DNA of 28,428 bases, from positions 1-28,428 of IMG/VR virus record IMGVR_UViG_3300037479_000623; one strand, written 5' to 3'. The notes below the pieces were generated by a model. That model saw only the letters and a program-made list of their open reading frames with translations. It was not told the DNA's origin and did no database searches. Every line of letters begins with the position of its first letter. Within the stretch, counting starts at the first letter, position 1. Positions 16,383-25,079 of this stretch are shown in pieces. A program made the position numbers and the translations under genes. This DNA is from a virus (Duplodnaviria; Caudoviricetes).

Positions 16383-17051
16383 CTACCGTCGCTGACGCGC
16401 TCCGAGACGTTCCCAATCGTCGATTTGCTTGCGCCAGGCATCGACCCATGGCGTTGGATCAACACGACGGCCGCTTGAATCGAAGAATTCGAAGTGCACA
16501 TGATCCGTCATTCGACCACCGCCCCTCACCGGATAGGCGGCCTGAAGGCTTTGCGACAGACCGAGCACTGTGTTCGGTGTGACAGACTGCCCAACCTCCA
16601 GGCCTTCTGTCGGCTCGACATAGAGCATCTTGATCTTGTGTCCGTCCGGTCCCGTGACGTGAATGCTGCGTAGTCCATGCAGTCCGTCTTTGTATGCCCA
16701 CCCAACGTTCGTGATGGTGCCTTCAATCGGGGAATACACCGGCGTGCCGGGCGAGATGGCAATGTCAATTCCACGATGCGGATAGCTTTTCCCGGCTTGC
16801 GTTCGATTGGCCAGGAATGCCCCACCCTCGCGGGCATAGCCATCCGGCCGTCGGATATGGGCCGAAGAGAGAGGTGCGTGTGTCATTGGCCAACCGGCCA
16901 TCGGATCGTTCGAGTTCGCCGTGGCTGCGTCAGCCGCCTGAGCCTCTGCTGGCCGCGACCGAGCCCCTACCTCATGCTGCAGCATTCGGTGAATTTTCTG
17001 CGCTGCTTCATCGATGTCCCTGGGCGCACCTGGGTAGAACTGTTTGTACAT
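16383..17051 (-). CDS. M23 family metallopeptidase with scaffold-like leader
   Basis: HRGIDI (HxxxD), GTPVYSPIEG, HVHFE (HxH), VDPTPW. N-terminal DIDEAAQKIHRML. No signal peptide. Start ATG 17051 or GTG 17057. Confidence 0.88.
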   Translation of the reverse strand: MYKQFYPGAPRDIDEAAQKIHRMLQHEVGARSRPAEAQAADAATANSNDPMAGWPMTHAPLSSAHIRRPDGYAREGGAFLANRTQAGKSYPHRGIDIAISPGTPVYSPIEGTITNVGWAYKDGLHGLRSIHVTGPDGHKIKMLYVEPTEGLEVGQSVTPNTVLGLSQSLQAAYPVRGGGRMTDHVHFEFFDSSGRRVDPTPWVDAWRKQIDDWERLGARQRR

Positions 17052-17079
17052 GTTCACTGTTCTTTGCTGAATTGGGATC

Positions 17080-17105
17080 GGGGGTGGGTCGCGCGACCCA
17101 CCCCC
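17080..17105. terminator. 26-bp perfect palindrome/hairpin after the capsid gene
   Basis: GGGGGTGGGTCGCGCGACCCACCCCC, with no U-tract on the minus strand. Confidence 0.55.
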
Positions 17106-17119
17106 CGACAGGTTGGAGC

Positions 17120-18076
17120 TTACGGCGTCGTCAGGTCGGCGACCACGCCGGAGGAGGCCTCCTGCTTGGCCACCAGCGCGTACTCGACCAGCAGCTGACG
17201 CTTCTCGCTGTCGCCGGTTTTCGCCAGCTCGACCTGCTGGAAGGGACGCAGGTAGGCGACGCCCCAGTACTCCATGTCCAGCACCAGCGCCGAACGGTCG
17301 CGGCTGAAGCGCGACGGATAGATCCGGTGCTCTCCGAAGTCGCTGACATAGACGTCAGCGCCGGCGATGATCGTGGCCTGCTTCGTGCCGGAGTTCTCGC
17401 GATACTGCGTCGCGATTCCGGTGAAGGCCGAGCCCACCGCCTTGTTCTTCGGGCCGACGATGATGGTCGAGGGATCGCCGCCGTTTGCCCAACAGGACTG
17501 GATCACGTTCTTCAGCAACGCTTCCGTGTAGGCCCGCTGGGTGCCGTCGGTCGCCGCACTGACGGTGCCGCCGGAGAATCCGCCGGAGGCCCCGCCGGCG
17601 CCGCGGTCGACGTTGCTGGTGAGCCACGCCTCGACCGAGCCGGTGGTGCGGGCGACGGACGAGCTGCCGGCGGCTGAGCCCTGGTTGCCGGTCAGGATGA
17701 GCTCCATGTCGCGCTTCAGCTCCTTGGACTTCTTCGCGATCTGGTAGCTCAGCTCCGACTTGCGGCCGGCCTTGTCGACCGCCTCCTGGGTGCCGCTCAC
17801 CACCACGGTCTTGTCGGAGATCTGCGTGTAGTTGCCCACGCGCTGGGTCGGCCCGGTGGCGTCGAGCGTCGCGTCGTCGCCCTCGACGACGGCGTTCTGC
17901 GCCGCTGCCGCGAGCGAGTCGGTCTGCCACTCATGGAACGTGTTCCTGGCCTTGAGCCGCTGGGCCATGGACAGGAACGGCGTCTGCGTCGGCGAGATGT
18001 TGTAGATGACCTCGCTGAGGTCTTCCTTGTTGCCGACGGCGTCGTAGGAATCGAAGGTATTGGCCGGTTGTGCCAT
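17120..18076 (-). CDS. Major capsid protein (DUF5309/SU10-like)
   Basis: GNKEDLS.VIYNISP..TPF, HEWQTDSL, NYTQI, KELKRDME, YVSDFG, LAKTGDSEKR...EY.L. AAGGAG RBS. Confidence 0.93.
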   Translation of the reverse strand: MAQPANTFDSYDAVGNKEDLSEVIYNISPTQTPFLSMAQRLKARNTFHEWQTDSLAAAAQNAVVEGDDATLDATGPTQRVGNYTQISDKTVVVSGTQEAVDKAGRKSELSYQIAKKSKELKRDMELILTGNQGSAAGSSSVARTTGSVEAWLTSNVDRGAGGASGGFSGGTVSAATDGTQRAYTEALLKNVIQSCWANGGDPSTIIVGPKNKAVGSAFTGIATQYRENSGTKQATIIAGADVYVSDFGEHRIYPSRFSRDRSALVLDMEYWGVAYLRPFQQVELAKTGDSEKRQLLVEYALVAKQEASSGVVADLTTP

Positions 18077-18330
18077 TGAGTCTCTCCTTGAATGTTTGGG
18101 ATGCACGAGGACGCGCTTGTCCTCGCGCTCGATTGTGATCGCATGCGTTCGCGCATCGCACCGCTGCTTCGCGGTGCGACACGCATCGAAGGCCTTGCCG
18201 AATCCGTGGAACGGGGCCTGACGCCCATCGCTGCCGGAAGGCCTCAGCTCGTCGTCAGACGGTTGCTGAGTAACGCCGGCGTGGCTTTGGGGCGAGAAAT
18301 GGAGTGGGCTGTGCGCCCTAAGATGTCTGT

Positions 18331-19383
18331 CTACAGCATCTCTTCGATCAACCGGGCGGCGTCTTCCGTCCGGCCGCTGCGCTCCAGCCGGGTCATCAGC
18401 CTGGCGCGCCGCTCGGCGGCACCAGCGCGCGGGCCGCGGGCGGTGCCGGGCTTCTGCACGCGGGGCAATGCCGCCAGGGTCTCCCTGACCTTGTCCCGGT
18501 TCGCCATCAGGCGGTCGTAGAGCATCGCCTTGCGGGCCAGGATGAAGTCGCGGTGATCGATCAGGCGGGACAACTCCTCCTGCCGGTAGCCGGATTCCAG
18601 AAGATAGCGGGTAAGAGCGGCCGATTCCTGCCGCCCCTTCACCGGGTCCGCCATCTCCGGAAGCTTAGCAATGAGCGCGTGCTTCTGCTGGGCGACATGG
18701 TCCTGATGCGCCTGCACGACCTGAAGCTGGCGCTGCTGCTCCTGCTGCCGGAGCTGCAGCTGTTCGGCCTCGGCCTGTTGCAGCTGGGTCGAGAGCACGT
18801 CATAGACCGGCTTGGCCTGGGCGAAGAGCGTGGGGTTCTCGCTCGACAGGCGGTTCCAATCGATGCCGTCGAACTGCGCGAGCTGTTGCTGCAGCGCGGG
18901 GATCTGGCGGCCGAGCCGGTCGGCGTGGTGCCGGCGCTCGACCACTACCGCCGCCCGCTCGCTCTCGAGCTCCGCCTGCGCACGCGCGAGGTCGCGACGC
19001 GCGTCTGCCAGCCGCATCGTCTTCTTGGTGTAGTCGGCCCCGCGCTGGTAGCCCTTGATCAGCTCGTTGAGGGTGACCTCGGTCTCCTCGCCACCCACTT
19101 TGACCCGGTAGCGCGGCTCGTCGGACCCGTCGCGCTCCTCTTCGCCGTCACCATCGTCATCATCGACGGCGCCCGTGCCCTCGTCCTCGCTATCGATGTC
19201 GTCGCCGTCGTCTTCCAGGTCGGGCACGTCGCTCTCGGATGCCGCCTCCTCGCTGGTCGGCTCTGTTTCAATCGGGTCGGCTTCCTCGTCCCGGCGGATG
19301 ATCTTCTCGATCGCGCGCGCAGCGCTGTTGAGGTCGTGAATCGGGGAAGCAGTTGCCGTCTCCGGCGTCGCTGCGTCGGTCAT
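18331..19383 (-). CDS. Capsid scaffolding protein
   Basis: Acidic N-terminal region, VKVGGEETEVTLNELIKGYQRGADYTKKT, coiled coil, IDW..L...NP, DHR...ARKAMLYD.L, C-terminal SGRTEDAARLIEEML. AAGGAG RBS. Upstream of the capsid gene. Confidence 0.88.
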   Translation of the reverse strand: MTDAATPETATASPIHDLNSAARAIEKIIRRDEEADPIETEPTSEEAASESDVPDLEDDGDDIDSEDEGTGAVDDDDGDGEEERDGSDEPRYRVKVGGEETEVTLNELIKGYQRGADYTKKTMRLADARRDLARAQAELESERAAVVVERRHHADRLGRQIPALQQQLAQFDGIDWNRLSSENPTLFAQAKPVYDVLSTQLQQAEAEQLQLRQQEQQRQLQVVQAHQDHVAQQKHALIAKLPEMADPVKGRQESAALTRYLLESGYRQEELSRLIDHRDFILARKAMLYDRLMANRDKVRETLAALPRVQKPGTARGPRAGAAERRARLMTRLERSGRTEDAARLIEEML

Positions 19384-19529
19384 GTCGACTCCTTCTGGTT
19401 GAAGTGGAAGTAGGGGGTGACTTTCGTATTGCAGATTGGTTGCGTATATATACTTATATGCTACTAATACGTGTGCAAGTTTAGGTTGCACGCCGCCGAA
19501 GCCAATCGCCACTTCGTCAGGGTCACGCG

Positions 19530-20192
19530 ATGCCGGACCACCGCTCCGAACCGCCAGTAGCCGATATCCGCCTCCTCTTTCCGCGGTGGATTCGCCGTCT
19601 GCTGCTCTGTCTCGGGATCTTCGTTCTCTACTCTCAACTTGTCAGCGCCGGGCTAACGGCCGTGTATCGGTATTCCCCATGGGAGCCATCGTTTGTCGAT
19701 GGTCATGACCCCGAGATATTCGAGCCGGGCACCTACACGCTCCTGCAACCGCCCGAGGGCATCGGAAGCGCCGCCGACCTGCGGGCGGTCGGGTGGAGAA
19801 TCGAACTGTCACCGATCCGCTATGCGGCTTGGGCTGTGCTCGCCCCCGTCCTCGGCTCCGCCGCGCTGTTCTTCGCGTGGGCCGCACGGGCGGGCTGGCT
19901 ATCGCGATGCATGCTCTTTCTCGGCAGCTGTGTCGGCATAACGGCGGCGATCTACATCAAGATCTACGAGTTCGAGGAAGGAGCGATCGGCTGGGCCTTC
20001 TCGGCCGGCACGATGACGGACATGTTGCCTCCGAATCCGCCTCACCCGATCTACGGATACGCCGAACTCGTCGGCAGCTTGTTCCTTCCCATCGCCCTCT
20101 ATCTGGCGATCGCGCTCTTTCTCCTCGGCTCTGCAGGTTGGATGGTTGTCCGCTGGTCTTCAGGAGCAATTCGCCGCCGCCACAGCCCGTAG
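19530..20192 (+). CDS. Multi-pass membrane protein, candidate immunity
   Basis: About 4 hydrophobic segments. Convergent with 20210..21238 (17-nt gap). Confidence 0.65.
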   Translation: MPDHRSEPPVADIRLLFPRWIRRLLLCLGIFVLYSQLVSAGLTAVYRYSPWEPSFVDGHDPEIFEPGTYTLLQPPEGIGSAADLRAVGWRIELSPIRYAAWAVLAPVLGSAALFFAWAARAGWLSRCMLFLGSCVGITAAIYIKIYEFEEGAIGWAFSAGTMTDMLPPNPPHPIYGYAELVGSLFLPIALYLAIALFLLGSAGWMVVRWSSGAIRRRHSP

Positions 20193-20209
20193 TGGGCGGC
20201 CTCACGTCA

Positions 20210-21238
20210 TCAGCGCAGCCTGTCGATGTAGGCGTTGTACGCACCGATCGCTCGGAGCAGCCGTGGGTCGTTCGGACCGACCGCATGGGCCGGCAGTCCA
20301 TAGGGATATTGATAGCCGTCCGGAAGGTATCCCGCAGTCCAGTCCGGCCCATCCGGCCGATCGGGATTTGTGTACCAGTTGGTTCGCTCATCTCGCAGCT
20401 CCGGTGGTTGCGCAGCATGAGGGCGACCATAGGGGCGTTTCCAGTTGTCATCCTTCGGATTCTTGACCCATCGGTCTTCCGACAGCCAGGTAGGGCCGTA
20501 GGGGGCGAGCGTCGATGCCGGCTCGTATGTCGGCTTCCAGGCGCCGCTGCCATCGGCTGCGCTCCCGCTCATCGCTTTGCGCGCCGCGCTGACGACGTCC
20601 CGCCAGTCGCGCGCAAACCGGCCGATGGCAATGCCGACCTCGTTGTTGCGCCGGTCCATCGCTTCTTCGTCTTCCGGCTGGTCCTTCAACTGCCCTTCTT
20701 GTTCGTGAAGATCCAATATCTGCCGGGCGCGAGCTTCCCCGAACCGACGCGTCAGCTCTGCCGCCCAAAGAACGTGACGGTAGGCATCCGCCGGGCCACG
20801 CTCGCGGCCGGGCATCTGCGAACCCACCATCTCCGATTGGGCAGCACCGCCGCCGACAAAGTGCTTGTACTCGTCGCGGCCCACACCGCGCAGCAGGTCG
20901 CCAATCCGCTCGAACGGCCCGTATTCGGCCGGTGGCCCCAGATGCGTTTCAGGCTCGCGCCGCGATGGCCGATGTCCTTGGGGCCGGCTGCCGGGATGTC
21001 CGGCGCGTTGGTTGGTACTTCCCGGTGCACGTGGGGCTTTGCGCTCCGCGCCGAAGCCATTCTCAACGGGTTCCCGCGATGCCGTGTTGGGACGCTGGCG
21101 CGGACCATCCGCGGCGTGCTTGGGCCTGCCGGGACCGCGCCTTTTCTCGCGCTCCTCGCGATCGAGCATCTCGTAGATTCGCCGGGCAGCCTGCTCCACG
21201 CTGCCCGACCGCCCGCCTCGGGCCCCCATGAACTGCAT
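20210..21238 (-). CDS. Putative effector with scaffold-like leader and DUF6973-like domain
   Basis: AAAGGA RBS, leader GSVEQAARRIYEMLDREER, disordered linker, then DAYRHVLW...HE...MDRRNNEVG motif (DUF6973-like from memory, seen at toxin C-termini). Confidence 0.75.
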   Translation of the reverse strand: MQFMGARGGRSGSVEQAARRIYEMLDREEREKRRGPGRPKHAADGPRQRPNTASREPVENGFGAERKAPRAPGSTNQRAGHPGSRPQGHRPSRREPETHLGPPAEYGPFERIGDLLRGVGRDEYKHFVGGGAAQSEMVGSQMPGRERGPADAYRHVLWAAELTRRFGEARARQILDLHEQEGQLKDQPEDEEAMDRRNNEVGIAIGRFARDWRDVVSAARKAMSGSAADGSGAWKPTYEPASTLAPYGPTWLSEDRWVKNPKDDNWKRPYGRPHAAQPPELRDERTNWYTNPDRPDGPDWTAGYLPDGYQYPYGLPAHAVGPNDPRLLRAIGAYNAYIDRLR

Positions 21239-21457
21239 CTTCGTTTCCTTTCTTCAGGCTCAAGCTGAATGGGACGGCGATTATCGTCCCTCGCGCACGG
21301 CCGAGACGTCGTCGGCGGTCGCAATCCGGGAGTCGCCAAGCGTTGCGCCCACTATGATGGACCACTACTGCAGAGTTGATCGTCGACCAGAGGTCCACTG
21401 TGCAGCAGCCGCACGTCCTATCCGGATAAGCGCACAATGGCGAGGAGCGTCTGGCCC

Positions 21458-22333
21458 TCAATCATTTTCGCGCGCACTGACGCGAGTAGCGGTACCCCAA
21501 CTCCGTCGCACTGCCTCGGCATCGATTACAGAAGGCTGGACCGAGGGGTACTGGATATTGTGGCCTGTTTCCAGTTCCCCGGGAGGCGGCGGCGTATCGC
21601 CGAAATCAGCGCCGTACCGCTCATCGATGCGCCGGCGCAGACCTCGGTACCACTCGCTTTGTGGCGGCTGCCAGTCGTCGCAAGCACGGTACGAACCGCA
21701 GAGCATTCGTCGCGGGTGTGCCCGGCACCACTCCAAGGCATGATGGCCAAGCCAGATGTCGCCTCCCTTCGCGTCCTCCATCAGCTGGACTTCCCAGTCC
21801 ATGAGCTTGTTGCCGAGCGGATGGCCACACTTGCATCGGTTCGTCGTCAGCTCCCCAATGATCCTCCAAACACGGCGGACGATGGAGAGGAAGGTCTTGT
21901 GCTCCGGGTTCCATGGTTCGTAGGAGCCGAAGATCTCGCCATAGTTGATCGTCGGCGGATCGTAGGAGATGCGGGGAGAGCCGTAGAACGACCAATCCCA
22001 CACCGACCTCTGGTAGTGGAGATGTCCGTGCCGAGGGATGTTCTTGAACTCGATCCAGCCGCCGTCCTGTGGATCGAAGCCCGGCACCGGTCGCCAGTCC
22101 GAGGAATCCGGGACAACAATGTATGTGGTCTCTCCCGGAACGTCGGTGAGGGAGTCGAACGCACTAAGGGAACATGGCGGAATGCGACTGCCCGAGTAGA
22201 TCAGATACTTGATAGTTGGGAATCTCTCACGCAATGCTTCCGAAAACATCGCCTCGTCCTTCGCCGAGAAAAGGACGAAGCGACGCTTGTGCCGTTGCGG
22301 GCGATGATCGATCCAGTTAGCCGGATTTTTCAT
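21458..22333 (-). CDS. Hypothetical protein, immunity-like paralog 2
   Basis: Paralog of 22430..23239 (shared WLGHHALEWCR..PRRML.G.YR.CDDW.PP.SEWY..LRR). Confidence 0.75.
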   Translation of the reverse strand: MKNPANWIDHRPQRHKRRFVLFSAKDEAMFSEALRERFPTIKYLIYSGSRIPPCSLSAFDSLTDVPGETTYIVVPDSSDWRPVPGFDPQDGGWIEFKNIPRHGHLHYQRSVWDWSFYGSPRISYDPPTINYGEIFGSYEPWNPEHKTFLSIVRRVWRIIGELTTNRCKCGHPLGNKLMDWEVQLMEDAKGGDIWLGHHALEWCRAHPRRMLCGSYRACDDWQPPQSEWYRGLRRRIDERYGADFGDTPPPPGELETGHNIQYPSVQPSVIDAEAVRRSWGTATRVSAREND

Positions 22334-22433
22334 TTTCTCGATCGTTCGAATGCCACCAATGGTCTGCCATCGTTAGTCCAGACTTTGGCGGATTAGGTAT
22401 ATATTCAACGGGAATCTCCCCTCCGACTTTCAT
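22317..22433 (-). other. 38-codon ORF coupling the two paralogs, possible orphan toxin C-terminal remnant
   Basis: ATGA overlap with the upstream stop. MKVGGEIPVEYIPNPPKS...; its end overlaps the next start. Confidence 0.35.
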
Positions 22434-23239
22434 ACAACTCTGAAGCCCAGGTACGCCGCGCTCGGCTCTCGGAGTTCCGCAGGGCGTGGGGGCGGTTCGC
22501 CAATGCCAAGCCCGTATTTTAGTTCCACTTGCCGGCGCAGCGATTGATACCATTCGCTGTTGGGCGGCTCCCAATCGTCGCAGGGACGATAGCAACCGTC
22601 GAGCATCCGCCGGGGGTTACGCCGGCACCATTCAAGCGCGTGGTGTCCAAGCCAGAGATTGTGCCGCTTGGCGTCGCGTGTCCGCAGCGCATCGGTCCCG
22701 TGCTCGATCTCGTTGCTGCGGGGCGTTCCGATCTTGAAGCGATTCGTTCCGAGGCGCGACACAATGCGGAAGATCTGCCGCATGTACAAAATGAACTGTT
22801 CCGAGGACGAGTCATCTGGGTCGTACCTACGCCCGATATCTCCCTCGAGGAGCGTTGGTAGCTCAAAGCCCAGCTGATGGGGCCGTGGCTGCCACCCACT
22901 CATGCCCCAATCCCATCGGGATCTAAAGAATACGGTACTCTGAGCTGGCAGATTACAAATCTCCATCCACGTCAAGCGCGCCGCGCCCGGCTCGAAACGT
23001 GGCCGCCACGGCATCGTGGCCGGATTCACAATGACGACCGAATCACTTGTTATGCCCGGCCACTCCGTGTGTACGTCGTCCGGCCCCACCATCCGTTGCC
23101 CATCGAGAAAGACGACCGACGGGAAGATGCCCCTGATTGCAAGGGCGAACATCAGCTCGTCAACGCCGGTAAAAACGAAGCGACGGACCAGCTGACGGAC
23201 GCGTCCGGCGTGCTTCAGTTGATATGACCAGGATGGCAA
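22430..23239 (-). CDS. Hypothetical protein, immunity-like paralog 1
   Basis: GGGAGG upstream of TTG start. Paralog of 21458..22333, downstream of the toxin-like gene. Confidence 0.72.
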   Translation of the reverse strand: MPSWSYQLKHAGRVRQLVRRFVFTGVDELMFALAIRGIFPSVVFLDGQRMVGPDDVHTEWPGITSDSVVIVNPATMPWRPRFEPGAARLTWMEICNLPAQSTVFFRSRWDWGMSGWQPRPHQLGFELPTLLEGDIGRRYDPDDSSSEQFILYMRQIFRIVSRLGTNRFKIGTPRSNEIEHGTDALRTRDAKRHNLWLGHHALEWCRRNPRRMLDGCYRPCDDWEPPNSEWYQSLRRQVELKYGLGIGEPPPRPAELREPSAAYLGFRVV

Positions 23240-23518
23240 ATCCGAGATGCCTCCCTAACGCAACCGAGACCGCGCTTGGCAGGTGCCGATGACTGCACGA
23301 CCTGCCTGATGCGCCTTATAATTGTATTTCTTTCATCCAGTACCAATCAAGACCCTTGGCCGGGCGATCACATCGTCGTAAGGCTCCATTCACTATGAGG
23401 CACTGGGCGTGTCGGCGATGGACTCTCTACCACTCCGAGATACTGGATCGAAGCCGGACCGCAAGCCGATCGGTCTGTGTGAGGAAACCAATATTCGTCA
23501 GGCAGTTCCTCTGCCACA

Positions 23519-24967
23519 TTATTCATCTGACTCCTCATCAATGGGTCTGTGTTTACGCCTGTCAGGACGTTTCGGGACTCCGACAACACTGTCGCCACTT
23601 CGCAGGTGCTTGTAGAAGAGCTTAAGCCAATCCCTGCCAGTGATCTTACCCTTGGAGTCGGTGTTGACAGTCTCAAAGATCGTTCGTCTTCCGCCACGAT
23701 TTGATGCGACCAGATCGCCGTAGAACGACCCTGTATTCCCCGAACCACCCCACGTACCCTTCCCAAACCCAGGGAATTGCTTTTCCTTGAGTTTGCCGCC
23801 GGATTCAACCGTGAAGCCGAGATCTTCCAGCTGCTCGTGCATAGCCCTTAGCTGCTCCCGCGTCTCCGGTTTACCTCGGCGTCCCCAGGGATTGCGAATC
23901 GATCCAACAAGCACTCCTGGACCGCTGGCGCTGAGTCCTTCCCAGAAGATGTCCCAGGGATCACGCGGCGGTGCGTCGCTGGCGCTGGCCTGACGAATCA
24001 GTTCGTCGAGAGCCCGGTAGCGGGCTGAGACGGGACCTTCGAGCGTGAACTCGTTCCGCCTGTAGACGACCCCATCCGGTCCGACGAAGTAGAATGTATC
24101 TGCGATGTCCGGGAGTTCGCCGAATTCCTCGAACGCGGCCTGCAGGCTGTCGGGTGCCGGCTCGGCGAGGCGCCAAGCGGTCGGGTTGACACGCTGGGCC
24201 CGAAGGAATTCTCGCGCGAGAACGTCATATTCCGACGGCGGTGAGTTCGCAGCATGGACATCTGAGATCTTTTCCAGCGTCGCCGGATCGTAGTTGACCG
24301 CTGTCTGATCCTGCTCATCAAGGACATCGGCAGCCGTGCCTCCAGCCAAGACTGTGATGCCTTCAGCGCCATGGATTGCTGCAAGGTCCGCTAGTGGCTC
24401 TTCGACGCTCTGCGTCGAGAATCCGCCTACGGCGGTCTCGAAACCGCGACGAAGCCGGGCGGCAAGAGGTTCTTCGATGGCTCCGGTCCGCTGATAGAGG
24501 TTGCGATCGGATCCCACGAAGTAGCGCGCACCGTCGAACTTGCCGGATTGGCGAAACCGGGTCTGCTCGGCTTCGTCAGCTGGAGCCGCGTCGAGATGTG
24601 CATCAAGAGGAACTCTTTGGCTGAAGGCCAGCCGCTCGGCTGGGGTGCGCGGTCCATGCTTGAGGAACTCGAGGCCGCCCCGATCCAGACCATCGCGGAA
24701 CATCGTGACGACGGCATCCGGCAGCACATTGCTATCATCACGTGCTCGTCGCCTTTGAGCCGTTGTGCTCGGCGAGCGTGCTGTTCGCACGGAATTCGAA
24801 CTCTCCGGCCCACGTGGCGCACCCCAAAGAGCCGGTGAGAGCAGACCAAACTGCGGCGGTCTCGGGCCCGACCATCCAACAGGACGCAGGCGAGCTATCG
24901 GAACCGGGCGAGCGAATGTGTAGTCCGGCCGCACGCCCTGCGGCCGGTCGACGAGCCAGTTGGGCAT
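23519..24967 (-). CDS. Polymorphic toxin-like protein with putative PD-(D/E)xK-type C-terminal nuclease
   Basis: TAGGAG RBS, internal repeat YFVG.D...Y.R, basic Gly-rich C-terminus NPWGRRGKP..EKQFPG..GSFYGDLVA...IFETVNT..G..T.RD. Confidence 0.62.
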   Translation of the reverse strand: MPNWLVDRPQGVRPDYTFARPVPIARLRPVGWSGPRPPQFGLLSPALWGAPRGPESSNSVRTARSPSTTAQRRRARDDSNVLPDAVVTMFRDGLDRGGLEFLKHGPRTPAERLAFSQRVPLDAHLDAAPADEAEQTRFRQSGKFDGARYFVGSDRNLYQRTGAIEEPLAARLRRGFETAVGGFSTQSVEEPLADLAAIHGAEGITVLAGGTAADVLDEQDQTAVNYDPATLEKISDVHAANSPPSEYDVLAREFLRAQRVNPTAWRLAEPAPDSLQAAFEEFGELPDIADTFYFVGPDGVVYRRNEFTLEGPVSARYRALDELIRQASASDAPPRDPWDIFWEGLSASGPGVLVGSIRNPWGRRGKPETREQLRAMHEQLEDLGFTVESGGKLKEKQFPGFGKGTWGGSGNTGSFYGDLVASNRGGRRTIFETVNTDSKGKITGRDWLKLFYKHLRSGDSVVGVPKRPDRRKHRPIDEESDE

Positions 24968-25079
24968 CGATGTCTCCTATTGAGTACGCGCGAACACGGG
25001 CACCTCACTCGTTTATCAGGTGAGCTGAGTCGGTCCGTCGATGTGATGAACTGCGGTTTCTCGGCGTAGCCAGATGTTG

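Noticed and set aside
16383-17051. M23 gene as part of a lysis cassette
   Set aside because: No adjacent holin or spanin, and it carries the scaffold-like tag. A lysis role is not excluded but is less parsimonious.
19430-19490. Third copy of the twin late promoter upstream of the scaffold
   Set aside because: AT-rich and possibly a promoter, but it lacks TTGACAGAAATA and ATTATGTGATG, and the -35/-10 spacing is unconvincing.
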